IMG/VR virus record: IMGVR_UViG_3300033121_001585
Span: 6,081-70,080 of that record
Strand: one strand, 5' to 3'
DNA: 64,000 nucleotides
From: a virus
Lineage: Duplodnaviria; Caudoviricetes
In this document: positions 29,023 to 39,000 of the stretch, piece by piece
Position numbering within the stretch: position 1 is the first letter of the stretch
How the letters are laid out: each line of letters opens with the position of its first letter
The notes under the pieces: model-generated
Seen by the model: only the letters and a program-made list of their open reading frames with translations
What the model was told of the DNA's origin: nothing
Database searches by the model: none
Translations under genes and position numbers: made by a program

Positions 29023-29640
29023 TCACGAAATATATTTAGAAATTTCATCTACAACCTCTCTCGGAGTCAATATCTTTTCAATACCTGTTCCAGCAACACC
29101 TGGAGCAATATTGTAATCTACAGCATATAATTCTTTTCCTATTATAAAATCAATAGCGTAAAGAGGTTCGTTAATTGATTTATAATCTCCAAAGTCTCCA
29201 TCTCTACCTATCAAAGATATAATCACATCTCCGCAATTAGAACGCCACGAATCATTACTTCTGTACTCTAACCAAAACTTATAACTTCCTATTGATAATA
29301 GTCTTAATGACAAACTTTTACAGGTAGGAAGATAAGCAGAAGAGAGCATACCAAAATATTTTTTTGCCTTAGCTTCATTGCACAATACTTTGTCTTCTCC
29401 ACGATGAGAAAACTCGTTTTCGTATACTACAACTTTATCAACGTATGACGTTTCACTGTTCCAGTATGAGCCTAAGACTTCCTCCACTTTGCCGTATGGA
29501 GGAACCAAAAAATTATTCTGATGAAGAAATTCAAACTGCCCTTTCTTGCTCAGACCACTTTTGGAAAGACGTTTATAACTAACCCCATTTAAATCAAATG
29601 CATGGTCATAATAATCGTGAAAATCTGATACGAGTTTCAT
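29023..29640 (-). CDS. Hypothetical protein, possibly a degenerate ATP-grasp
   Basis: YAIDF...YAVDYNIAPG resembles the ATP-grasp C-terminal motif. Confidence 0.35.
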   Translation of the reverse strand: MKLVSDFHDYYDHAFDLNGVSYKRLSKSGLSKKGQFEFLHQNNFLVPPYGKVEEVLGSYWNSETSYVDKVVVYENEFSHRGEDKVLCNEAKAKKYFGMLSSAYLPTCKSLSLRLLSIGSYKFWLEYRSNDSWRSNCGDVIISLIGRDGDFGDYKSINEPLYAIDFIIGKELYAVDYNIAPGVAGTGIEKILTPREVVDEISKYIS

Positions 29641-29822
29641 ATCTTAATTTTCCAAGTAGGAATATCTATTGAACCTTTAAGAGTTATTGCATTGTTCCTA
29701 TTAACTAATAAACTGTTATTAGACAAAAATTCTGGAAAAGATTTAGAAAACGTAATAGCTTCATATACGTTAAGGCTAAATTTTAAACTTAATGTTTCAG
29801 TCATTATGCTACCTCCAAACAC
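29637..29822 (-). CDS. Hypothetical protein
   Basis: 61 aa coupled ORF. Confidence 0.45.
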   Translation of the reverse strand: MFGGSIMTETLSLKFSLNVYEAITFSKSFPEFLSNNSLLVNRNNAITLKGSIDIPTWKIKI

Positions 29823-29998
29823 TTATGTCTAGCTCTATTTAAAGTATCTTCTTTTGAAAGCTTTTCTAGATGATAGTCTAATAACATATTCATCTTTTTT
29901 TCGCACCAGTCGGCACGCTGTTTATCACTCCACATAGCGTCTTGCCTTCGTTCATATTCCAAAATTATTTCCGTAATTTGTTCCTTAGATAAGCACAT
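29804..29998 (-). CDS. Hypothetical protein
   Basis: 64 aa coupled ORF. Confidence 0.5.
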   Translation of the reverse strand: MCLSKEQITEIILEYERRQDAMWSDKQRADWCEKKMNMLLDYHLEKLSKEDTLNRARHKCLEVA

Positions 29999-30008
29999 AA
30001 CAAATCTC

Positions 30009-31064
30009 CTAATACAATATTTTTTGAATTTCTTTTTCTAGAATTTCAATCCAATTAGGATTTGCTTTAAGTAATGCACCTAACTTATGTTCTCCTTGTC
30101 CTTTGCATTTTTTCTTAGCTTCATCATTCCATTCCATAACACCTAAAACAGGCAAATGATTTTGCATAAAATCACAAACATACCAAGAACCGCTTTTTGA
30201 AATTAAATTAACATCTAATCCTAATTTGATAGCTTCGGCTACTTCATCTATTCCTTGTCCGTATTTGATAATGCTATCAAACTCTACACCTGGAGGCATT
30301 CCTAAAGCTGTTGCTTCTGTAATCCATGTGACTTTCTGACCTATTCTCTTACCATCGTTTTCTACAGCCTCTACACCTTTGCAACGCAACTTAACATCAA
30401 CCTGATATTGGATTGCATTTCCGCCTTTTTCCATAATTCCAGCACCGTAACCTGAAGTATTAGCCATTAAATGCGTAATACCAATCACTATACTTTTTTT
30501 AACAGGTACAACTGACTCCATTTGTCTACAAAACTGAGCTAATAAGGCAGCACCGCCACCGCGAGTAGATGTACCAATTCCGTCTGTTAACTCTTTTTCA
30601 TGACAAAGAGCAGAAAACGAATCAATAACTACTACGCAAGCTTTATGGTTTAATAGAATCTTTTCGCCAATAGTTAAATAATCTTGTGCTGAAAGTATCT
30701 TTTCTTCAGTTGATTCTATAATTGTAACTTGGTCTGGATTTAAATTGTATCCTTTTAGATTCATTTCTTTTAAACGTCCTTCGACGTTTAGTATATAGAT
30801 ATGTTTAGAACCGTATTTAGGTTGTTGACACTTTGAGCAAAAATAAAGAGCTAAGGTAGTTTTTCCGCACTTTGGCTTTCCGGCTAATACAACCCAACTA
30901 CCTTCTGGAATTCCTCCACCTATAGCTAGATTAACAGCTGGACTCACAGGTATAGTAAGCCTAGTTTTAACCTCTTTAATAAAATCTTGTCCACCCTTAG
31001 CTACATTTTCACCAAAATCTTTTTTAACTAATTCTAATATTTTATTAGTAAATTCATTACTCAT
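30009..31064 (-). CDS. recA: RecA/UvsX recombinase
   Basis: GGGIPEG, GKPKCGKTT, VVIDSFSAL, GGNAIQY. Confidence 0.92.
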   Translation of the reverse strand: MSNEFTNKILELVKKDFGENVAKGGQDFIKEVKTRLTIPVSPAVNLAIGGGIPEGSWVVLAGKPKCGKTTLALYFCSKCQQPKYGSKHIYILNVEGRLKEMNLKGYNLNPDQVTIIESTEEKILSAQDYLTIGEKILLNHKACVVVIDSFSALCHEKELTDGIGTSTRGGGAALLAQFCRQMESVVPVKKSIVIGITHLMANTSGYGAGIMEKGGNAIQYQVDVKLRCKGVEAVENDGKRIGQKVTWITEATALGMPPGVEFDSIIKYGQGIDEVAEAIKLGLDVNLISKSGSWYVCDFMQNHLPVLGVMEWNDEAKKKCKGQGEHKLGALLKANPNWIEILEKEIQKILY

Positions 31065-31489
31065 TATAAATCTCTTAATTTGTCTATTGCTGATTTTTTA
31101 TGTTTGAAACTTTCTCTTGGAATTTCATCAGTTGTAGATACATCAAGAGTTGTCGTTTCTTTTGGAGCTAATTTTTCTAACTCTAATTGTTTTTTCTTAA
31201 ATAAATCATGTATCCAAGAAGCTCTTAAAGAGTATATGTTCTTTTGTTCTCTTATAACAGCAAGGATAACTTGAGGTTGCCACACTTTTAATACTGTATT
31301 AGCAGCTAGAATTTGATTCATATAATCTTTTTTCCAAGCTGGTAAATTCCAGAATTTAAAAGGTAGGTTTGTTTTTCTGCTATATGCTAAATTTTCACAC
31401 ATTTTTTCAGCTATAAATTGATTAGCCGAAATAAATCCTCCACCATATCTAGATTCATACTTACTTTTATCAGTAGATTCTAAAGACAT
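31064..31489 (-). CDS. Hypothetical protein
   Basis: 141 aa ORF coupled to recA. Confidence 0.7.
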   Translation of the reverse strand: MSLESTDKSKYESRYGGGFISANQFIAEKMCENLAYSRKTNLPFKFWNLPAWKKDYMNQILAANTVLKVWQPQVILAVIREQKNIYSLRASWIHDLFKKKQLELEKLAPKETTTLDVSTTDEIPRESFKHKKSAIDKLRDL

Positions 31490-32028
31490 AGCTTTTCGTA
31501 CTCCTTCAAGAAGAGTTCTCTTGCTTTTAATGAAGATAATGGTTTAATTTTAAACGATGCGGCATGCTCTAAACCATCATAATCCAATGTACATTCCTTA
31601 GATAATAAATCTCTAGCTTCAGTTACTAAAGCTATATTATCTGCGTTTTTCACAGCAGACATACATCTTTTATTTTTACATAGTTTAAATTTCTTCCATA
31701 CCGCTTTTTCTATTCTATCTTCTATTTCTTTAAAAGAAGGAAGAAACTTTTTGATTGGTCTAATTAAATCGCCGCAATAAGCCTCAGTAGCATCATGTAA
31801 TAAACCTTCTAAAGCGTATGCTTCTGGACATAAACGACTAACAATTACAGAATGTTGAGCAACTGAATAAAATTTATTGCAATGTCCATTGAATCTGCAT
31901 AGATGAGATAATGCGTGGGCTATATCTTCAATATCTATTTGAGTATAATCTGGTTGCCAAAATGCAAATGTATTACCTTTTTTAGTTTTAATCCAACCAT
32001 TAGGGTTGATGAAACTGCCGCTTGACAT
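31480..32028 (-). CDS. HD-domain phosphohydrolase (YfbR-like deoxynucleotidase family)
   Basis: DIAHALS..CRFNGH, YSVAQHS, LLHDATEAYCGD, KNAD. Confidence 0.9.
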   Translation of the reverse strand: MSSGSFINPNGWIKTKKGNTFAFWQPDYTQIDIEDIAHALSHLCRFNGHCNKFYSVAQHSVIVSRLCPEAYALEGLLHDATEAYCGDLIRPIKKFLPSFKEIEDRIEKAVWKKFKLCKNKRCMSAVKNADNIALVTEARDLLSKECTLDYDGLEHAASFKIKPLSSLKARELFLKEYEKLCL

Positions 32029-32320
32029 GTGGTTGACACCCCCAACCTAATTTTTCTTCTCTTATTGTTATTTGAGAGTCGCCAAATTCTCTCATGTAGT
32101 TATCAATTTTTTTCTGTCCGTTTTCCAAAATCTCAGCAGAGAAGGTAGCTTGTTCTGGATTTGAACGCATATCTTTTACGGCAAAGGTTACATTACCTTT
32201 ATCGTCTTTCCTGACAGTTAAAGCTAGTCCTAGTAAATGTAATGTGGTTCGATTTATATGAAACAGTAATCCGCTATCAAGAAAATATTTTTCATCAATA
32301 GCATCTTTTTTCCAATCCAT
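32000..32320 (-). CDS. Hypothetical protein
   Basis: 106 aa coupled ORF. Confidence 0.65.
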   Translation of the reverse strand: MDWKKDAIDEKYFLDSGLLFHINRTTLHLLGLALTVRKDDKGNVTFAVKDMRSNPEQATFSAEILENGQKKIDNYMREFGDSQITIREEKLGWGCQPHVKRQFHQP

Positions 32321-32324
32321 ATGT

Positions 32325-32696
32325 TTACCTCTTGTTCATTATAACAAAGTTCCCGCATTTGTCAACAGGTTTAACCTCGTTTTTCCAAACTTTAAATTCA
32401 ACTATAGGTAAAATGCTTTTGTAAACTAAATTGTCTTTAACGAAACCTGCTGATACGCAATCTAAGATTCTATCTGTTCCAATTACTGTAAAAGCTTTGT
32501 ACGCGAAAAAATACCCATCAGCATCAGTTGGACCTACCATAAAGATACTTGTACCTTTTCGAAGATATAATTGTCTTATTGATATGTGTGGATTTTCTGA
32601 TAAGTATCTTTTCAAATCTAACCAAGATTTTCTATCTGTTTGCATAACGACAGAATTATTACTAAGAGTGGCTACGAAACCAACTAAATGATTCAT
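32325..32696 (-). CDS. Hypothetical protein
   Basis: 123 aa ORF. Confidence 0.65.
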   Translation of the reverse strand: MNHLVGFVATLSNNSVVMQTDRKSWLDLKRYLSENPHISIRQLYLRKGTSIFMVGPTDADGYFFAYKAFTVIGTDRILDCVSAGFVKDNLVYKSILPIVEFKVWKNEVKPVDKCGNFVIMNKR

Positions 32697-32697
32697 G

Positions 32698-33039
32698 TTA
32701 TTTTCTCACAGGTTGAACGCAGTCAGGTCTTTCTTCATAAGGAGTCTTTTTCTTTCTTTCTCTTTCCAATTCATCACTAATTTCAGCAGCGCTAGGAGTC
32801 ATAATACAAGTGCCTTTAGTTTTAGTAGCAAAAGTATTCAAGAGAGGAGTCTTTGGAGGATTAGGAACCGGGAGATTTTTTGGAGCAGTTTTTTCAGCGT
32901 CCACAGCCTTTCTCTGCTTATACAAAATTATCTCTTTCTCGATTAATTCCAAAGGATGTTTAAGCTTATCCGCCAATTCTTGAGGCTGCATCGAATCTAT
33001 ATTACTTTCAAGATAAAATCTTTCTACTTCATTTAACAT
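32698..33039 (-). CDS. Hypothetical protein
   Basis: 113 aa ORF. Confidence 0.65.
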   Translation of the reverse strand: MLNEVERFYLESNIDSMQPQELADKLKHPLELIEKEIILYKQRKAVDAEKTAPKNLPVPNPPKTPLLNTFATKTKGTCIMTPSAAEISDELERERKKKTPYEERPDCVQPVRK

Positions 33040-33344
33040 GATAAAAATAACCTTTCAGCGTTTCTTAAATGAGACGGATTTTTTGTTTTAAGATACTTTA
33101 AATAAAGTTCAAAAATTTCCGCGTCAACTTTTACAAATTGATAAATTGGTTTGCCTTTTTTAGAATTAAAACTTTTGTTTTCATTTTCTAAATTCCATAA
33201 ACTATTAGGGTCATAAAAATGTCCGCTATTAGTTCCCGTATTACATTTCTTAATAAAAAATCTACTATCCTTAGTTTTAGCTACAGAATTTTTATCGTTT
33301 TCTGGAACCGTATTACCATTGCTATCATAATTAATTTCATTCAT
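33033..33344 (-). CDS. Hypothetical protein
   Basis: 103 aa coupled ORF. Confidence 0.65.
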   Translation of the reverse strand: MNEINYDSNGNTVPENDKNSVAKTKDSRFFIKKCNTGTNSGHFYDPNSLWNLENENKSFNSKKGKPIYQFVKVDAEIFELYLKYLKTKNPSHLRNAERLFLSC

Positions 33345-33673
33345 TTTGCTTTCTCTGTTTCTATTTCTACTATATTACCATTAGTTTTAACATCTTTAAT
33401 ATTTACTTTTGGTATAAAATTTTCACCTTCTTGTATATCATAACCTCTGTAATGGAACCCACCTTTTATGTCTTTAACGAAGGATTTATCTCCGCAAAAA
33501 CAACATTTAGCTCTTACTTGCCATTCAAATTTTTCTTTAGGTCTACTAATTGTAACTATAACCAAATGTTTATCACAGTTACTACAAGTAAGTATAACGT
33601 CTCCACCATTTTCCAAAATTTTAATTGGATTAGTATCTTGAGCCTTTTCAGTTAGCGTTAGCACTGGATGCAT
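33341..33673 (-). CDS. Zinc-ribbon hypothetical protein
   Basis: CSNC...CCFC. Confidence 0.65.
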   Translation of the reverse strand: MHPVLTLTEKAQDTNPIKILENGGDVILTCSNCDKHLVIVTISRPKEKFEWQVRAKCCFCGDKSFVKDIKGGFHYRGYDIQEGENFIPKVNIKDVKTNGNIVEIETEKAK

Positions 33674-33849
33674 GATTTCACCTTTTCTAATATTTCTTGT
33701 CTTTTTTTAGCCGCATCTTCTATAGAATCGCAGTTTATTTCTAGTATTGTATATCCTGAATCGTGTATAGCTGGAGGCAAACATTCTCCTGTATGTAATA
33801 ATTCATGTGTTTTAAATCGTAATGATATTAATATTTTATGAGGAATCAT
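33658..33849 (-). CDS. Hypothetical protein
   Basis: 63 aa coupled ORF. Confidence 0.5.
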   Translation of the reverse strand: MIPHKILISLRFKTHELLHTGECLPPAIHDSGYTILEINCDSIEDAAKKRQEILEKVKSCIQC

Positions 33850-34271
33850 TTTTCACCCGTTTCTACATATCTTTTTACATTAGATATTCTAGATAAGTCT
33901 ATACCTGTTTCGTTTCTAGTAGTTCCAGGTATACTACCATCTCTCCACCAAGGAATCTTATCTGTAGGTCGAACTACAGAAGCTCCTGTTTTTTCCTCAA
34001 GCATCTTATATCCGCGTTCTTTTTTCTCTTTTTTCTTTTCAGATTGTTCTTGAACGTAATCTTTGCCTAAACGCTTTGTGTTTCTTTCGGCTAAAGACAT
34101 GATATTGGTTGGGTCATTTTTAATAAAAACGAACGCACCGTTACCTATCAATCTTTCTATCTTACCTTTTACACCGCATAAAGGGCATCTAGTTAGTTTC
34201 TCTTCTGAAAAACTTTGAGTGATTTCAAATACGGTTTTACAGGCTTTACAATCGTAGTCATATGCTGGCAT
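33846..34271 (-). CDS. FmdB-family zinc-ribbon protein
   Basis: MPAYDYDCKAC...CPLCG...ERLI. Confidence 0.85.
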   Translation of the reverse strand: MPAYDYDCKACKTVFEITQSFSEEKLTRCPLCGVKGKIERLIGNGAFVFIKNDPTNIMSLAERNTKRLGKDYVQEQSEKKKEKKERGYKMLEEKTGASVVRPTDKIPWWRDGSIPGTTRNETGIDLSRISNVKRYVETGEK

Positions 34272-34717
34272 TATTTATCCCAAACTTGTACATAGATATC
34301 TGTTAATAAAAATTCTTGAGTTATAATTTTCTTAAGCATTTCGAAATCTCCACCACCTAAACCACAACCTAATTTAGATATAGATATTTCTTTGATTTGA
34401 TTGTTTTCACAATACATTATTAAGTTTTGCAACGATTTTTCTATTCCGTAATAACTAACATATTTCTTACCTCTTCCATAATATTTTTGAGTAGCAAGAT
34501 TAGCTATTTTTTTACCTTCAGTTGTATCAACTACTTGAATTTGACCTACTTCCCAACCGTCTTTGTTATATTTTTCCATATATGCTTTGTAAGCATTAGG
34601 AAATTTAGCTCTAATTTGTTTAGCCAATCCAGCGTTAAATACTCCACAGCAATTAACGCCGTGACCAATTAAAGGAGATTCGCTATCAAAAATATTACCT
34701 TTTATATATTCAATCAT
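34271..34717 (-). CDS. Macrodomain (ADP-ribose hydrolase, DarG/Poa1-like)
   Basis: IKGNIFD, HGVNCCGVFNAGLAKQI, NLATQ, KLGCGLGGGDF. Confidence 0.9.
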   Translation of the reverse strand: MIEYIKGNIFDSESPLIGHGVNCCGVFNAGLAKQIRAKFPNAYKAYMEKYNKDGWEVGQIQVVDTTEGKKIANLATQKYYGRGKKYVSYYGIEKSLQNLIMYCENNQIKEISISKLGCGLGGGDFEMLKKIITQEFLLTDIYVQVWDK

Positions 34718-35063
34718 TTTTCTTATCCTTTGCTACACTTTCAATTACTAAATGTCCATTTTCAGATAATACTTCTGGTAGCAACGACAAAGCTAAGTTA
34801 GCATCTTTCATTCCATGACTTTTAATAGCTCTCCTTAATATTGCTTTCTGAAAAATATTATATCTTTTATTTAAAATAGTTTTCAATACTTCTTCTGAAT
34901 TATTGTCTTTCCACCTAAGTATAATACTGATTATATTAACTATAATACCAATTAACATTAATATAATTGTAATATCAATTTGATATGTAGTAGGTTCCTT
35001 ACTGTTTAGTAATTGAGCGAAGAGTTTTCCTTTCTCTTGAATAAGTTCTTCATTAGAAATCAT
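34710..35063 (-). CDS. Hypothetical membrane protein
   Basis: One hydrophobic segment IILMLIGIIVNIISIIL. Confidence 0.6.
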   Translation of the reverse strand: MISNEELIQEKGKLFAQLLNSKEPTTYQIDITIILMLIGIIVNIISIILRWKDNNSEEVLKTILNKRYNIFQKAILRRAIKSHGMKDANLALSLLPEVLSENGHLVIESVAKDKKND

Positions 35064-36057
35064 CTGCTATTCCTGTCTGATATTCTGTTACTCTAGTTTC
35101 AAAAAAGTTTTTTTGTTTTGACAAATCAATAATTTCGCTGAGCCAAGGGAACGGCGTTTGTATTTTACCATAAAGTTCTGGAAAATGCAAGCTCGACAAT
35201 CTACGATTTGCAATATATTTCATGTAATCAACAAACATATTAGCATTTAAACCTAATATACCTCTTGGTAATACATCCTTAGCATAATCAATTTCTAAAT
35301 TAACAGCTTTTTGAATATGTAATTTAGTTTCTGACTCAAAATCTGGAGAAAATATTTCTGGGTTTTCTGACCTGATTTTATTTATCAGTTTAGTGCCAAA
35401 TTCTATATGGAGGCTTTCGTCTCTTAACGTGTATTGAATTTGTTCTGAAATTCCAGGAAATTTATTTTGTCTGCCAAACGAAAGCAACATAGCAAAACCG
35501 GAATAGAAAAATATTCCTTCGCATACTATGTAGTATGTAATAATATTGCGTAGTAACTCTTGTTTTCCTTGAAGAGTTTTTATATCAAAGTCTTTTCTGT
35601 GAATATCTCTGGTAATTTCCATTAAGAAATCGTCTTTAGCTTTAATAGCTGGTATAGTATTATAAGCTTCGTATACTTCTTTTATATCTAAACCTAAAGA
35701 ATCGCAACAGTATACAATAGTTAGATTATGCAAAGATTCTTCAAATTGTTGTCTAGAAATATAAGTACGACATTCCGCGTCTCCTATATATTTCAAAATT
35801 ACAAGCAATAAATTGTTAGAAACTAAACTTTCTGAACCAGCAAAAAATCCTAAACAACGCTTGACTACCAAACGCTCATCATCAGATATATCGTTTGATT
35901 TCCATTGAGTAATATCTTTTTGCATGCTTACTTCTGTAGGCATCCAATTGTTAGAACAACCTTTTAAGTACAAATCCCACGCCCACTTATTTTTATGTGG
36001 AAGAATTTGATTTACTATGGCTACATCTTCGCTTATAATTTTAAGTGCATGACTCAC
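35053..36057 (-). CDS. nrdB: Class Ia ribonucleotide reductase beta subunit
   Basis: WMPTEV, FEESLH, EGIFFYSGF, RDESLH, NFFETRVTEY. Confidence 0.95.
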   Translation of the reverse strand: MSHALKIISEDVAIVNQILPHKNKWAWDLYLKGCSNNWMPTEVSMQKDITQWKSNDISDDERLVVKRCLGFFAGSESLVSNNLLLVILKYIGDAECRTYISRQQFEESLHNLTIVYCCDSLGLDIKEVYEAYNTIPAIKAKDDFLMEITRDIHRKDFDIKTLQGKQELLRNIITYYIVCEGIFFYSGFAMLLSFGRQNKFPGISEQIQYTLRDESLHIEFGTKLINKIRSENPEIFSPDFESETKLHIQKAVNLEIDYAKDVLPRGILGLNANMFVDYMKYIANRRLSSLHFPELYGKIQTPFPWLSEIIDLSKQKNFFETRVTEYQTGIADDF

Positions 36058-39000
36058 AAATTTCTCCTCGTTTCATAGCCTCTATAGAACAAGAGCTTTT
36101 TTCTACTTTAGAAGCAGCTTTTGCTCTTACATAGTAAGTTGTTTTTAAGTCTTTTTCCCAACAATATTGGTATATATCAGCTAGGTATTTCATACTTGGT
36201 TTACCGCAATAGATATTAAAGCTTTGTCCCATATCTATATATTTTTGTCTAGCTGAAGCAGCATCTACTAAATAACGATAATCTATATCAAAAGCACCTT
36301 TGTATTCCTCTTTAATTTCATCAGGTATGTTTAGCTGTAACACATCCCCGTCAGCCTTTTTAATAGCATCAACTAGTTCATTGCACCACAAACCTAAACT
36401 TTTCATCCTCTTAACAAAGTGTTCATTGATTATAGTGAATTCTCCACTTAATGTAGAATAGACGTATATAATTCCATAATCAGGTTCTATAGATTGACTG
36501 CAACCGACTATTGATGAAATAGTAGCTGTTGGTGCAATAGCTAACAAGCTTGAATTTCTAATACCGTAACGTCCTAAATCTTGACATAAAGGTTCCCAAT
36601 CGAGTTCATTATATGATGGAACTCTAATTTTTTTTCCTCTGAATTTTTCTAAATCTTTATATAATTGATGAGGTAATCCGTTTGAATCCCATTCAGAATT
36701 TTTGTAAGATTTAAATTTACCTTTTTCTTTTGCTAATTTAATGGAAGTTTTAATTGCGTGATAGTAAATAAACTCTTGCACACCACCAGCTATATCTACA
36801 GCACTTTGAGATTCGTAAGGTATTTCTAGAATATGAAGCAAATCAGAAAATCCCATTATTCCTAAACCTATAGGGCGATGCCTTAAATTTGACTTTTGAG
36901 CTTCTTTAATTGGATAATGATTTTTATCAATAACATCATCTAAAGAATTAATTGCTGTTTCAACAGTTTTTGCAAGTTTAGTATAATCAATCAACCAAAC
37001 CTTTTTATCTTCATTAAAATATACATGTTCTACTAGATTAATACTAGCAAGATTACAATTATGGACAACGATTCCGTTAGCAACAAAATGATGTTTTTTC
37101 TCTAAACATAAATCATAAACTTTTTTAACGCCTACCAATTCAATTGATTGTACTTTAGAACAATTTCTTGCACCTATATTAGATTCTATATTTTTATTTA
37201 GAAAATCTCGCAATTTATTACTTTTATTTTCACACAATAAGAAATTAATGTTATCGTAAAAAGATTTACATTCTTTATAACCATGTATCCTTAAAGAACC
37301 TTGATATCTCTTTCTAGGATAAGAATCTACTATAATTGACCTGATACCAAATTCATTTAATATTTTTTGAGTGCTTAGTAGTAATTGTTTACTAGCAGAA
37401 GTTAGACAAACGCTTATTCTACCTTTAGTATCAATTAACGCACATCCATCAGCAGAAAATAAACCACTTAAAAAACTAGCCTTTTTATTCAAATCTTTAT
37501 TTCTAATACATTCATATATATCTTTATTTTTAGCTAAAGCTTGCTTAAAACCAAACTTTTTTTCAAGAAAATCTTTCCATAATTGGTTACCACTAGCCCA
37601 ACAAAATACTCCGTTTTTATCAGGTTTAGCTTCAAATTGAGGAAACCTTCCATTACCTGAATCGCTAATATTAGCGATAAACCATTCTTTGATTTTATTC
37701 ATTACAAAATCTTTTGCTTTAAATTCAGTAGGGCCAAAACAAACTCCGTAATTGCTATAAGCTTGCCATCCGTCTCCTAAAATCCAACCAGCAGTTAAAT
37801 AATCATCGTCTTGAACTATTTTTTCTTTAGATAGAGAATCGTTGCAAGATATAGCAATAAAATCTCCAATTTTTATATTTTTGAGTTGTTTCCATTGATA
37901 ACCATCTGGAATACTATAATCATTTTTCTTGTATCTTAACTTAGAATTGTCTTTATATTTAGTTAAAATAGGATGATTATCGGTTGCTTCTAATTCATAA
38001 CCATTATTTAATGTAATTTTATAAACATATTTTTCTCCATTATAAATCAATTTAGCTTTTTCAAAACTTTTATTTTGAATAAAATCTGAATCAGACGTAT
38101 ATTGAGTATATACATATTTATCATTACATTCTTCTATAGGAAGATAACCATTATCTGTTAATACTAATGAGCCTTCAGCTAAACAAACTGCTGTTTCTCC
38201 TAATACTTTCTTTTGTCCCATCTCATATAAAGTTTTTTTGGTATGTCTTAATATTTCCGTGCAAAGGTTAGATGAGTGAACAATTCCTTCATTCTTATTA
38301 GTGTATAGTATGTTGCTTATATCCTTAAAACAAATCCAAGGATGACCTGTGCTTAATGCTGAGATAAGAATCTTTTTGAATAAAGATTTTGCTTCAACTT
38401 TCTTGAAAGTTTTTATTTTACCAGCTTCAGCAAGAGAGACATATTTATTATATTTCTTTTCGAAGTCTTTACCGTAAGAGTCATGAAGGTCTGATACTTC
38501 GTCTGGTGAGAATAGATACCAGTATGAATCTTTTTCGTAAAAAACTTTTTTGAAAAATAGGTCTGAACACCATAAAGCTGTATTCATATCGTGGCAACGT
38601 CTTCGCTCGTCACCTGTATTCTTTTTCAAGTCGCAAAAATCTTCTACTTGTAAATGCCAGTCAGGTAGATAAGAAACTCCAGCCCCTTTTCTTTTTCCGC
38701 CTTGGTCGAATGCTACTAATGTATCATTAAGGATTTTCATAAATGGAATTGGGCCGGAAGACTTTCCGTTTGTTTTTTTGATTCTAGCCCCTTCGCCTCT
38801 TACATATCCCCAATCAATGGCTACTCCACCAGCAAACTTGGATAATCTTGCTTGGTCATGAATTGTTCCCATAATTCCGTCTTCGCTATCATCCATAGTG
38901 CTTAGATAACAACTTGATAATTGAGGAAAGTTAGTTCCGCTATTAAATAGAGTTGGAGTCGATGGCATATATAAAAATTGAGACATTGAATGATAGTATT

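Noticed and set aside
28947-29035. Imperfect direct repeat ATTTCGTG(G)ATG around the intergenic gap
   Set aside because: Two short imperfect copies in AT-rich DNA; chance cannot be excluded
31480-32028. DatZ indicating a 2-aminoadenine genome
   Set aside because: This HD family is widespread and no purZ is present in the window
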